Shown: positions 9,409 through 17,707 of the stretch, piece after piece
Layout: each line of letters opens with the position of its first letter
How positions within the stretch are numbered: position 1 is the first letter of the stretch
Assembly (NCBI GenBank): GCA_003516025.1
Contig: CP023991.1
Span: 973,783 to 1,005,782, forward strand
Reading direction: 5' to 3'
From: Candidatus Saccharimonadota bacterium
Lineage (GTDB): Bacteria; Patescibacteriota; Saccharimonadia; Saccharimonadales; UBA4665
Length of the DNA: 32,000 bases
Notes under the pieces: generated by a model
The model's input: only the letters and a program-made list of their open reading frames with translations
Databases searched by the model: none
What the model was told of the DNA's origin: nothing
Position numbers and translations under genes: made by a program

Positions 9409-11178
9409 CTAAAGTTCTTTCGCTTGAGCTAGGATCTGGCTCAATTCGCTTAACTGCCGGGCAAGCTGCTGTTTACGGCTGTCGTCGGCGTCGCTATATT
9501 CGATACTGATAGTTTGTTGTTTGGTTTTGACATATTGATCAACAATAGTGACCTGCTGATGAGACGCACCACTCTCCAGGTCAGCATCGGGCGTGTCCTG
9601 GTAATGCTCTTCATCGAATGCTACTGATAATATTTTAACATAGTCTGCCACTGGCCGCAATGCTTCCACATGGGCGGCGTCAGTGCCGTCAAAGCCAGGA
9701 TTTTGTTGTAAAAATTCCAATAAAGTTTTGGCATCGCCGTCAATAAGCATATCCGGCCTGATGTACTGCAGATATTTACGCATGGCCGGCCGCATCAACG
9801 CAAAGGTTAGCAGGCGGTTTTGAGCGCGCCGGATGGTTGTTTGTTGCTTATCGGGTATGACCGGCCGATAGTTTGTCTGACGCCTTGGCTTAGGCGGAGC
9901 CGCTTTAGTTGTAGCCTCATACTTATCAGTCAGCGCCTCCCTGCTCACCCCAATAGTGGTGGCGAGCGTTCGCAGATAATGGTCACGTTCGACGCTATCG
10001 GTTAAGGCACGGACAACGGGCAGTAAGATGTCGCTAAACTTGCGCTTGCCTTCGGCGCTCGTTATATCCAATACACCCTTATAACGTTCGATCAGCCAGT
10101 CCAGCGCGTACTGGTTTTTACCAATCACTTCACGCCAGACATTAGCATCCTGCTTAATGAGCTCGTCAGGATCTTTGCCGCTTGGAATCGAGATAATACT
10201 CAGCGACACGCCAACCTTGCTGGCGATAGGTATAGCGCGTTCAGTAGCATTAATGCCAGCCTTGTCAGCATCAAAACTGAGACGAATATCACCCGTAAAC
10301 TTACTAAGCGCTTTAAGGTGTTGCTCCGTCATGGCCGTTCCTGCCGTGGCGACCACTTGTTTTACACCGGCTTGATGACTCTGAATAACATCCAGATTAC
10401 CCTCGGTCAGCACTACGAAGCCACTTTTACGTATGCCCTCTTTAGCCAGGTGCAGGCCATACACATGGCGGCTTTTGTCATACAGCATAGTTTGCGGCGT
10501 GTTGATATATTTGGGTGCGTCTTTAGCATCTGTTAGCAACCGTGCCGTAAAACCAATGGCTCGGCCCTGCGCGTCATGCAGTGGAATCATTAGGCGGCCG
10601 CGGAACATATCACCCAAACCACGGTAGCGCTGGGCGCTTAAACCGGCCCCCTTGATTTCATCAGACGTAAAGCCCTTGCTGACCATAAAGTCGCATAATG
10701 CCGTGCCGGTGTTCGGCGAATAGCCAAGTTGCCACTCCAGAGCCGTTTCTTTACTAAACTGGCGTTTTCCCAGCGCGTATTCCAAAGCGACCTTATTTTT
10801 GCTGAACTGCACCTGGTAAAACTTAACTGCTAGTTCCATGGCCGCGAACAAACGCTCGAGCTGTTTACCGTTATTAGAACCGCTGGTACGGTAATCCGCC
10901 AGCTCGATGCCGGCCTTACGGGCTAATAACTCTAATGCTCCCTTGAAGTCGAGACCTTCCATCTCCATAACAAAACTGAACATCGTGCCGCCCTTGCCAG
11001 AACTGAAGTCATGCCAGATGCCTTTCTCGGGACTAACCATAAAACTGGGTGATTTTTCGCTGCTAAAAGGACTTAGACCCTTAAAATTGCGACCGGCTCG
11101 CTTGAGTTCCACATACTCACCAACGACGTCCTCAATACTCAGGCGGGCTTTAACCTCTTCGACAGCATCCATGCTCAT
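9409..11178 (-). CDS. dnaG: DNA primase
   Basis: The N-terminal zinc-binding-domain fold sequence is [36 protein letters not shown], and the TOPRIM region includes [11 protein letters not shown] and LSFDADKAG. The start is uncertain: the ORF opens with TTG at 11193, with ATG codons at 11178 and 11172. Confidence 0.92.
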   Translation of the reverse strand: MSMDAVEEVKARLSIEDVVGEYVELKRAGRNFKGLSPFSSEKSPSFMVSPEKGIWHDFSSGKGGTMFSFVMEMEGLDFKGALELLARKAGIELADYRTSGSNNGKQLERLFAAMELAVKFYQVQFSKNKVALEYALGKRQFSKETALEWQLGYSPNTGTALCDFMVSKGFTSDEIKGAGLSAQRYRGLGDMFRGRLMIPLHDAQGRAIGFTARLLTDAKDAPKYINTPQTMLYDKSRHVYGLHLAKEGIRKSGFVVLTEGNLDVIQSHQAGVKQVVATAGTAMTEQHLKALSKFTGDIRLSFDADKAGINATERAIPIASKVGVSLSIISIPSGKDPDELIKQDANVWREVIGKNQYALDWLIERYKGVLDITSAEGKRKFSDILLPVVRALTDSVERDHYLRTLATTIGVSREALTDKYEATTKAAPPKPRRQTNYRPVIPDKQQTTIRRAQNRLLTFALMRPAMRKYLQYIRPDMLIDGDAKTLLEFLQQNPGFDGTDAAHVEALRPVADYVKILSVAFDEEHYQDTPDADLESGASHQQVTIVDQYVKTKQQTISIEYSDADDSRKQQLARQLSELSQILAQAKEL

Positions 11179-11208
11179 TAGTATAAGGGGCAACTCACGG
11201 AATGGCTA

Positions 11209-11224
11209 ACGCTACATGTAGCGT
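11209..11224. promoter_or_regulatory. Perfect 16-bp palindrome ACGCTACATGTAGCGT (candidate operator or 5'-UTR hairpin) just downstream of the predicted dnaG promoter
   Basis: The reverse complement of ACGCTACA is TGTAGCGT. On the minus strand the palindrome begins 3 nt after the predicted -10 box. Confidence 0.4.
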
Positions 11225-11227
11225 CTG

Positions 11228-11256
11228 ATTGTATCAAGTAACCCGTTCATGGTTAA
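11228..11256 (-). promoter_or_regulatory. Predicted promoter TTAACC-N17-TACAAT (TGA extended -10) for dnaG-rpoD
   Basis: The minus strand reads TTAACCatgaacgggttactTGATACAAT. Confidence 0.4.
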
Positions 11257-11267
11257 ATATAAGCAAT

Positions 11268-11891
11268 ATGCCGCCAAACCAATATCAATTCCCTGCTCCA
11301 GCACCGCAACAGCCGGAACACAATCCGTATGGCTTCTTCATGGAGCCCGACAAACCGCAGCGTTCTCCCATTGGCGGCTCACCCCTCAAAAAATATGGTC
11401 TCATCGTTGGAGTAATTGTTGCCGTAGTGTTATTGGTTATTATCATTATTGCCATGGCTACCGGCGGAAAAGACTCTAGCGCAGGTTTACTGACCATCGC
11501 CCAAGAACAACAGGAGCTCATTCGAGTATCGGCGGACGGCGCTAAAAACAGCAAGAGCACTCAATTGTTGAATTTTTCCGCCACAGCCCAGGTTAGCCTG
11601 GCCTCTTCCCAGAAAGACCTTACAGCATTTATGGCCAAGCACGGCGTTAAGACCGACGACAAGGTTCTGGCTCTCGGCAAAGATGCTCAGACCGACCAGG
11701 CGCTCAGCGGCGCGCTGGCTTCCAATACATATGACACGACATTCAATTCAGTCATTCAAGCCGAATTGGCTACCTATGTCAAAAATCTCGACGCGGCCAT
11801 ACAGACCGCGACGACCAAAACAGAACAGAACCTGCTCAAAAAGCAGAGCGCTAACGCCCAGTTATTAAGCAAGATGCTCACCGCCTTATAA
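11268..11891 (+). CDS. Hypothetical single-pass membrane protein (207 aa from the ATG at 11268)
   Basis: It has a Pro/Gln-rich N-terminus, one TM helix (YGLIVGVIVAVVLLVIIIIAMA) and a soluble C-terminal domain. The ORF track opens at a TTG at 11229, so the start is uncertain. Confidence 0.65.
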   Translation: MPPNQYQFPAPAPQQPEHNPYGFFMEPDKPQRSPIGGSPLKKYGLIVGVIVAVVLLVIIIIAMATGGKDSSAGLLTIAQEQQELIRVSADGAKNSKSTQLLNFSATAQVSLASSQKDLTAFMAKHGVKTDDKVLALGKDAQTDQALSGALASNTYDTTFNSVIQAELATYVKNLDAAIQTATTKTEQNLLKKQSANAQLLSKMLTAL

Positions 11892-11893
11892 GG

Positions 11894-12214
11894 CTAGTTT
11901 TCGGTCACTAAAATATAGGAGTGGCGAATCAGGTCCTGTACTTCTTCCCATTCCAGCTGCCCGGACAATACAATAGTATTCCAGTGTTTCTTGTTCAGAT
12001 GATAACCCGGCATAACAGTTTCATATTTTTCACGTAATACCTGGCTGAGCTGCGGATCGCATTTGAGGCTAAGCCGGACAGGGTCCGAGCCCTCGGCTAT
12101 CAGGGCAAACATTTTGTCCCCTGCTTTGTACACGGCCACGTCCTTACCAAACGGGTAATCGCGCACGGCGTTTGGCATGCTTAAAATATAGTCTTCGACA
12201 GTCTTATGATCCAT
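11894..12214 (-). CDS. MmcQ/YjbR family DNA-binding protein
   Basis: The 106-aa product has the family-typical pattern DYPFG.DV.VYK..GKMFAL and MPGYHLNKKHWNTI. Confidence 0.85.
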   Translation of the reverse strand: MDHKTVEDYILSMPNAVRDYPFGKDVAVYKAGDKMFALIAEGSDPVRLSLKCDPQLSQVLREKYETVMPGYHLNKKHWNTIVLSGQLEWEEVQDLIRHSYILVTEN

Positions 12215-12221
12215 TAAGACT

Positions 12222-12230
12222 ATTATACCA
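12222..12230 (-). promoter_or_regulatory. Extended -10 box TGGTATAAT, 7 nt upstream of the yjbR-like ATG
   Basis: The minus strand reads ttTGGTATAATagtcttaATG, with no SD. Confidence 0.45.
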
Positions 12231-12296
12231 AAAGATTGTCTAATATATATTATGCTATGAGACCTTTAGTGACCAGGGGCATGTTATATAACAACT

Positions 12297-15200
12297 TTAC
12301 TTCAAGTCGTAACGCCAATTTAAAATGATATCTTGACTCAAATCATTTTCATCAGATAAGGTGAACATGTTATCTGATATCGTACCAAGGTTCCATATAA
12401 GTGCACCATCTAACTCATTGGCCATAATGGAATTGCGAGCATTTTGGAAGAACACCCGCCTATCGGATTCAGTACCCACGTTAAGGTCGTAGCCAATTTC
12501 TCCAACATAAAATGGTTTGTTATATTTATCCGCCAACTCACGCCACGTATGGAGAGCTGTCCCTAGCGCGCCATAATTAACATTACTTTCAGCAGCACTG
12601 CCAAGGTATTTGCTATATACGTGGCCGCTGCATAACGTAATTACTTCCAACGTACATATATCTTCTATGGAACTGCCATGACGCTCATTATACGGCTGCC
12701 CAGTATAGTTACTAGTAAATCCTTCCGTTCCTGGGGATATCAAGTGCTTCTGGTCTATACTCGATACATACTGTCCAATCTCTTCAGTCCATGCCGTAAG
12801 CTTTACGGAATCCTGCTGTCCTTCAATTCTAGGCTCGTTAATTAATTCCCATGCGGCAATAGTGCCTTGGTCTTTCAACTTTAACCCGTTATAGGCAGAC
12901 CTATGTTCCAATATATGGCTGATATGTTCTTTATATAAATCCTTAGATGCTGTTGTAGTGAAAAAGGTTTGCGCGTTACCATTGGTACTAAAGTTATCGG
13001 GGCCTCCATAATCGTTATAGGTATTACCGAAGACGCATACAATTTTTACGCCGCTTAGTTCAGCTCTCTCAATGAGGTAATCCATCTTTGCTAGCTCAGC
13101 ATCAGTTAACTTTCCACCTTTGTCGAAGCACCATATACGCATCGTATTAAGGTTAGCCTTTTCGAGTACCCTCAAGCGTTGGTCAATAACCTCAACAGGT
13201 TGAGAGAGCACATCGTATGAATTCATGCCACTCATGACAAACGGCTTACCGCGCAAGGACAGGTGTTGGCCAGACCGCTGGATAAAATGTGGGTTTAAAT
13301 CTTTCTTTTTATAAACATACAGGTAGCCTGCCCGATACACATTAACGAATTTCTGATCTAATAAATCTTTGCGCTTAAGGTTTTTCCATATAGCGTCGGT
13401 GTCTGATTTTTGCAAGACAATCCACTCGGCATGCTTAGCCGGGTCGTCAAAACTTTCATTCCAATACGGTTTGTTGCCTGAACCAATAAAACTTTGCATA
13501 GGAACGCCAGATTCTACCGGCCCAATAGGACGCCTATAGTCATCCATAAGCACTAGACCCTTATCATAGTGGTCACGCATATACTCTTCGACCTCAGGAG
13601 AGTCGGGGCCCTTAGAAACCGCTTGTGATGAAAGTCCCCTCGTGCCGTCTACATATGTGATAACCGTGTCTGTCTTTATAAACATAAAAGCTTGAATACC
13701 TATAATCATAATTATTATGGGTATCAATTTTTTGAACCTTGCCCCAAGGAAAGCAGCAAATATAGCGATGAATAGCAGAATTTGTAAACCGTACCGCGTG
13801 TTAGAAATAGTGTACTTTGCGTCTTCTGCGGCGAATGTAGGTAGTATAAGACTTGCTTGCCCAATATACAGAGAAAGAACATAAAAAAACACGGGGGTTA
13901 ACATTAAAATAATAATTAAAAGGTACCGCATTTGTTTTTGAGATACAACTTTATACGTAAAGAAGCCCAATCCACACAATGCAAGCAGCACAACTGGTAA
14001 TCCAACGACCAGCCTAATATCCTCTAGGAAGTAAACTATTGATTTTGTAAAATTATGATAAGTAGGTAAATATCCGTTGTTTAAAAAGAATAGCTGCTGT
14101 TCCTTGGAACCGTAGACACTTTCCGAAAAATATAAAAAAGAATTAAATATAACTTTATTCCATATAAGCCAAAGCAAAATCCCCATAAATGCAATGAAAG
14201 AATATAAGAAAATCGTACCCTCAACAATTTTGTAGGATACCTTTTTGAGGACAAGGAATAATGCAATACAAGCCACCTCGATACACACAAGAGCCCACCC
14301 ATCATAACGCGACAGACTGGCCAGAGCGGTAAACACAGAGGCAAGTACTAAGTGCAAAAGATTCTGGGTTTTAAGCCACTTGGTAAAAAAGTATACCGAT
14401 GAGGTAAACATGCTCAAAAGCAATATTTCTGTCATAGGTGTGGTTGCCAAATATACAGAATTAGGATTTAACAAAACTACCAAAGGAGCTATGTAGCTTG
14501 CCGTAAAGTTTTTGGTCACTTCGTATGCTAGACGATACAACGTAACACACAGAAAAACGAATGCGGCAACGGATACTATACTGCCGCCAATTCCGCTACG
14601 CCAAAGCGGATCAAACGCGACAAAGGGCGCCATTAAAATATGGGGGAGCGGAAGCCATATCCCCCCTAGTTGGGCTGCACCTGCAGTAAGACTATCAGTA
14701 ACTCGTTTAGCGATGTTAAGGTGAGCTTCGGCGTCACCATAAGCCAAAATAACATTATTATGATACGCCCATGCAGTTGCAACCACAGCAACAGCCAGTG
14801 AAAGCAAAAACACCACTCTTATATTTAATTTCATACGAGCGCGTTCAGACCGGAGAAGCACCCAACGCAATGTATAAAATTCCTTAACGGCTCTCTTTAT
14901 GACATCAGCGTTTCCACCTGTCGACTCGCCTGCCATTCTTGGCTTGTGAGTGACGGGTACTTGCTTTATGGGCATCTTGGCAACTTTGGCGCGATGCAGA
15001 ATCTCCGTGTTAATCATCGCACTCTCAGATAGCAACTCCAGCTCATGTAAGCGCGTCCGCTTCATAAGCTTAAAAGCACAGTCAACGTCTTTTACTTTAA
15101 TACCAAAGAATATACGTGCGGCTATATTGAATATACCAGCATTTAATTTACGCCTAAATGAGTCCTTGCGGTCGCTTCTTTTTCCTATTATAAAATCGAA

Positions 15201-15575
15201 CGAATCAGAGAATGCCACTAACCTGCTAATTTCATGTAATTCAAACTGACCATCAGCATCCGTAAAGAAAACCCAATCATTTTTTGCAGAATCTAATCCT
15301 TTGCGCACAGTTGGCCCGTAGCCAATATTCACTTCATTGTTAATTAACCGCACATGGGGATTATGCAACGCGTATTGTTCAACAAGCTCACCGGTGGCGT
15401 CTTTGCTACCATCGTTAACGACAATGATTTCATATTGCTCAGTTACAGTCTGAGCACTCTTAACTGCGTCTTCAAGAACGGCAACTATGTTTTCCGACTC
15501 ATTATATGCCGGCAGGACTATAGACAGTGAGCCGAGTGTTTTAGGTCGCTGGTAAGTTAGTTGATCGGTGGCCAT
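12297..15575 (-). CDS. Three-module glycan enzyme (1092 aa): a polyprenyl-phosphate glycosyltransferase-like GT2 domain, a multi-TM GT-C/PMT-like domain and a C-terminal GH5 (beta-mannanase-like) glycoside hydrolase
   Basis: The GT2 module (~aa 17-235) contains LSIVLPAYNESENI, IIVVNDGSKD and FTDADG. About 12 TM helices (aa ~250-635) include a YGDAEAHL loop. The GH5 module (aa ~760-1092) has AWELINEPR (acid/base Glu), GTEGF, GHVY and PFYVGEIGY (nucleophile Glu). I chose the start at the ATG at 15575, which overlaps the upstream stop as TAATG. The longer ORF-track form (to 15725) would overlap the upstream gene by 150 nt. Confidence 0.85.
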   Translation of the reverse strand: MATDQLTYQRPKTLGSLSIVLPAYNESENIVAVLEDAVKSAQTVTEQYEIIVVNDGSKDATGELVEQYALHNPHVRLINNEVNIGYGPTVRKGLDSAKNDWVFFTDADGQFELHEISRLVAFSDSFDFIIGKRSDRKDSFRRKLNAGIFNIAARIFFGIKVKDVDCAFKLMKRTRLHELELLSESAMINTEILHRAKVAKMPIKQVPVTHKPRMAGESTGGNADVIKRAVKEFYTLRWVLLRSERARMKLNIRVVFLLSLAVAVVATAWAYHNNVILAYGDAEAHLNIAKRVTDSLTAGAAQLGGIWLPLPHILMAPFVAFDPLWRSGIGGSIVSVAAFVFLCVTLYRLAYEVTKNFTASYIAPLVVLLNPNSVYLATTPMTEILLLSMFTSSVYFFTKWLKTQNLLHLVLASVFTALASLSRYDGWALVCIEVACIALFLVLKKVSYKIVEGTIFLYSFIAFMGILLWLIWNKVIFNSFLYFSESVYGSKEQQLFFLNNGYLPTYHNFTKSIVYFLEDIRLVVGLPVVLLALCGLGFFTYKVVSQKQMRYLLIIILMLTPVFFYVLSLYIGQASLILPTFAAEDAKYTISNTRYGLQILLFIAIFAAFLGARFKKLIPIIIMIIGIQAFMFIKTDTVITYVDGTRGLSSQAVSKGPDSPEVEEYMRDHYDKGLVLMDDYRRPIGPVESGVPMQSFIGSGNKPYWNESFDDPAKHAEWIVLQKSDTDAIWKNLKRKDLLDQKFVNVYRAGYLYVYKKKDLNPHFIQRSGQHLSLRGKPFVMSGMNSYDVLSQPVEVIDQRLRVLEKANLNTMRIWCFDKGGKLTDAELAKMDYLIERAELSGVKIVCVFGNTYNDYGGPDNFSTNGNAQTFFTTTASKDLYKEHISHILEHRSAYNGLKLKDQGTIAAWELINEPRIEGQQDSVKLTAWTEEIGQYVSSIDQKHLISPGTEGFTSNYTGQPYNERHGSSIEDICTLEVITLCSGHVYSKYLGSAAESNVNYGALGTALHTWRELADKYNKPFYVGEIGYDLNVGTESDRRVFFQNARNSIMANELDGALIWNLGTISDNMFTLSDENDLSQDIILNWRYDLK

Positions 15576-16954
15576 TACTCCCCTGCCTTTTGTAAATGTA
15601 AACCATGTGTAGTTTTCTCCCAGTAATGTGGTTTGACTATGAGCTGATAAAACGCGTACATAGCAGCAATTGACATCATGAGCCAATAAAACGGCACAAT
15701 GACTACGAATTTTATTAAATTCCACTGTCCTCTTTGGGCGGTTCCCAGCATAAAATAATAAAGATACAGTAAATTACCTATAACTAATGTGATAAGGGCA
15801 ATATAGAATACTGGCGCCGGATATACACTCTCAATAGCTTCCCCCACCAAAGGCTTAAGTATAAAATAAGAGATGGTCAAAAGCCACATTAAGGGATTCG
15901 CTAGAATTGAAAGTACTTTGCCACCAACAACAAGATAAAATGTGAAGATATGCAGGTCGAATGGATGCTTCTGAATTTGCCGCGGCTGGCGGGTGTGTAC
16001 CAGAAAAGTTTGCATATAGCCTTTAAGCCATCGAGACCGCTGCCGTAGCCAGTTACCGAATTTACTGTTGGCTTCCTCGAGCGTATACGAATCAAGAATA
16101 CCAGTCCTAAATCCTTGCTTATATAGTCTTATGCCGAGGTCACAGTCCTCGGTAACATTGTAAGGGTCCCAACCAAAAAGACCTTTCAGTACATATGTCT
16201 TAAAATGGTTAGAAGTACCACCTAAAGGAACTGGTCCTTTTATATTCTGTAGTCCAACCAAAGTTAAATTAAACCATAGGGAGTATTCTGCAGTGAACAT
16301 ACGAGTTAAAAGGTTTTGATTAGCATTATAAAAATTTAATTTTGCTTGTACGCATGCAATATCACCAGGTGCGTTTTCAAACGCTATGACAGCTTTTTTT
16401 ATTTGGTCTGGCTCGGGAATATCTTCTGCATCATATATAACACAATATTCCGATTCAGTGAGGCTGAGCCCGTAGTTACACGCCTTAGGTTTGGTTTTTG
16501 GCAAGCTATGTGGAACAACGACTATTTCAAAATGTTTCTCGAGATTTAGAGACTTTGCCGCACCGATAGTTTCCACGTCATCCTCTTCTAGTAAAAGCAT
16601 GATGCGTAATTTCTCTTTAGGGTAATTTAGGTTGTTCATGGCTTCGGTGAACTGCCTCAATACTGATATCTCTTTATATAACGGACAGAAGACTGTATAT
16701 GTCGGCCACTCTCTTTCTATGGTAATTTCGCTTTTTGAAATTTTAAATTCAGAGCTGTTGTGAAGGCTAGAACCTACTAAGAACAGATTAAAGAGCATAT
16801 CTGCGAAATAAAGAATACTTATGAGAGCAACGGCTATGGTTATGGTAAGAATAGGTCCGAGCGTAAGGCTGGACGCAATAAACAGTACGATAAAAAATGG
16901 CAATATGAGTGCCTGCCAAAGCGTAAATGTCTTAAATGCTGAACTGTTTTTCAT
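15575..16954 (-). CDS. Membrane-embedded processive family-2 glycosyltransferase (cellulose/chitin/PNAG-synthase-like)
   Basis: It has two N-terminal and about four C-terminal TM helices. The catalytic core contains VIYDAEDIPEPD and GGTSNHF, and the processive-GT2 signature QRSRW lies at nt 16028..16042. Confidence 0.85.
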   Translation of the reverse strand: MKNSSAFKTFTLWQALILPFFIVLFIASSLTLGPILTITIAVALISILYFADMLFNLFLVGSSLHNSSEFKISKSEITIEREWPTYTVFCPLYKEISVLRQFTEAMNNLNYPKEKLRIMLLLEEDDVETIGAAKSLNLEKHFEIVVVPHSLPKTKPKACNYGLSLTESEYCVIYDAEDIPEPDQIKKAVIAFENAPGDIACVQAKLNFYNANQNLLTRMFTAEYSLWFNLTLVGLQNIKGPVPLGGTSNHFKTYVLKGLFGWDPYNVTEDCDLGIRLYKQGFRTGILDSYTLEEANSKFGNWLRQRSRWLKGYMQTFLVHTRQPRQIQKHPFDLHIFTFYLVVGGKVLSILANPLMWLLTISYFILKPLVGEAIESVYPAPVFYIALITLVIGNLLYLYYFMLGTAQRGQWNLIKFVVIVPFYWLMMSIAAMYAFYQLIVKPHYWEKTTHGLHLQKAGE

Positions 16955-16976
16955 TATTTACAAACTAGTTAATACA

Positions 16977-17005
16977 ACAATATCATTAAGAAATACTTTT
17001 GTCAC
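16977..17005 (-). promoter_or_regulatory. Weak candidate promoter GTGACA-N17-TATTGT (TGA extended -10) for the glycosyltransferase pair
   Basis: The minus strand reads GTGACAaaagtatttcttaaTGATATTGT, followed by a 22 nt leader without SD. Confidence 0.25.
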
Positions 17006-17050
17006 ATTTTCGTACTTACAGCGTACGCTATTGCATAGTCTTTTGATGCG

Positions 17051-17611
17051 TTACTTGCCAGAGTTCTGTTTGAACCACTCTAAATAGTGCTGCAGCTCAG
17101 CAATTGAGGCCTGAATATCATCGAAGGCGCGGTGTACATTGGCCTTTTCGAAATCAACACCGTAGCGGCCCTGCATATATATTTTCCACGAACTGACATC
17201 GAGCATACGGTAATGCAGTTTGAGGTCAAGCTGCGGCCACCATTCGGAAATAAACTTCCGGTCATTGTAGATAGAGTTTCCTGCCAACACGGCGGGTTCG
17301 CGGCCAAATTCCTTCTCCACAAAGGCAATCATATCCTGCTCGACTTCACTGCTCAGTTTCCCCTGATCCAGCTTATTGACGAACTCATCGCGGTTTTCCG
17401 GATAATCGGCCCACCAGATATTCTTTTGCATACGATCGAGTACCGTTTCGCGCGGTTGGCGTAGCCGGGCCTCGTAGCGGGCCAAGGTTTTAAATTCAAA
17501 ATCAGTTATTTCAGCTGCCACTTCCAGAATAACGTCCTGTTGCGGATCGAGCCCGGTCATTTCCAGATCAACCCACAGCAGCTTGGTCGGGAGTATAGTC
17601 TTGTCTATCAT
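17051..17611 (-). CDS. orn: Oligoribonuclease
   Basis: LLWVDLEMTGLDPQQDVILEVA is the DEDDh exonuclease motif I. AGNSIYNDRKFI and H..DDI motifs are also present. The size is 186 aa, and an SD (AAGAGG) lies upstream. Confidence 0.92.
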   Translation of the reverse strand: MIDKTILPTKLLWVDLEMTGLDPQQDVILEVAAEITDFEFKTLARYEARLRQPRETVLDRMQKNIWWADYPENRDEFVNKLDQGKLSSEVEQDMIAFVEKEFGREPAVLAGNSIYNDRKFISEWWPQLDLKLHYRMLDVSSWKIYMQGRYGVDFEKANVHRAFDDIQASIAELQHYLEWFKQNSGK

Positions 17612-17650
17612 ATGCCTCTTTCGTTTCCCTTATTATATCCCGAACAGAGG

Positions 17651-17687
17651 TAAATAAAAACTCCGGCCACTCATGATGGCCGGAGTT
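17651..17687 (-). terminator. Rho-independent terminator downstream of the FMN reductase gene
   Basis: A perfect 11-bp stem (17659-17669 pairs with 17677-17687) has a 7-nt loop. On the minus strand it is followed by TTTATTTA. Confidence 0.7.
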
Positions 17688-17707
17688 AGGAGTGCGCTTA
17701 CAGTAGA

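Noticed and set aside
12255-12296. A 12-bp AT-rich palindrome, TGTTATATAACA, just downstream of the stop of the three-domain enzyme gene. I considered it as a possible terminator.
   Set aside because: It is a perfect palindrome with no loop, it is very AT-rich and it has no following U-tract, so it is unlikely to act as an intrinsic terminator.
15576-15725. A 50-codon N-terminal extension of the three-domain glycan enzyme (the 1142-aa version).
   Set aside because: The extension lies entirely inside the 3' end of the upstream GT2 gene. The ATG at 15575 forms a TAATG stop/start overlap and sits just before the GT2 motif, which is the more parsimonious start.
12216-17042. An 8-bp inverted repeat, AAGACTAT (12216-12223) and ATAGTCTT (17035-17042), flanking the low-GC island. 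I considered it as possible mobile-element termini.
   Set aside because: An 8-mer match between two ~90-bp AT-rich flanks, searched in both orientations, is expected by chance at roughly 0.2 probability. There is no target-site duplication, transposase or integrase.
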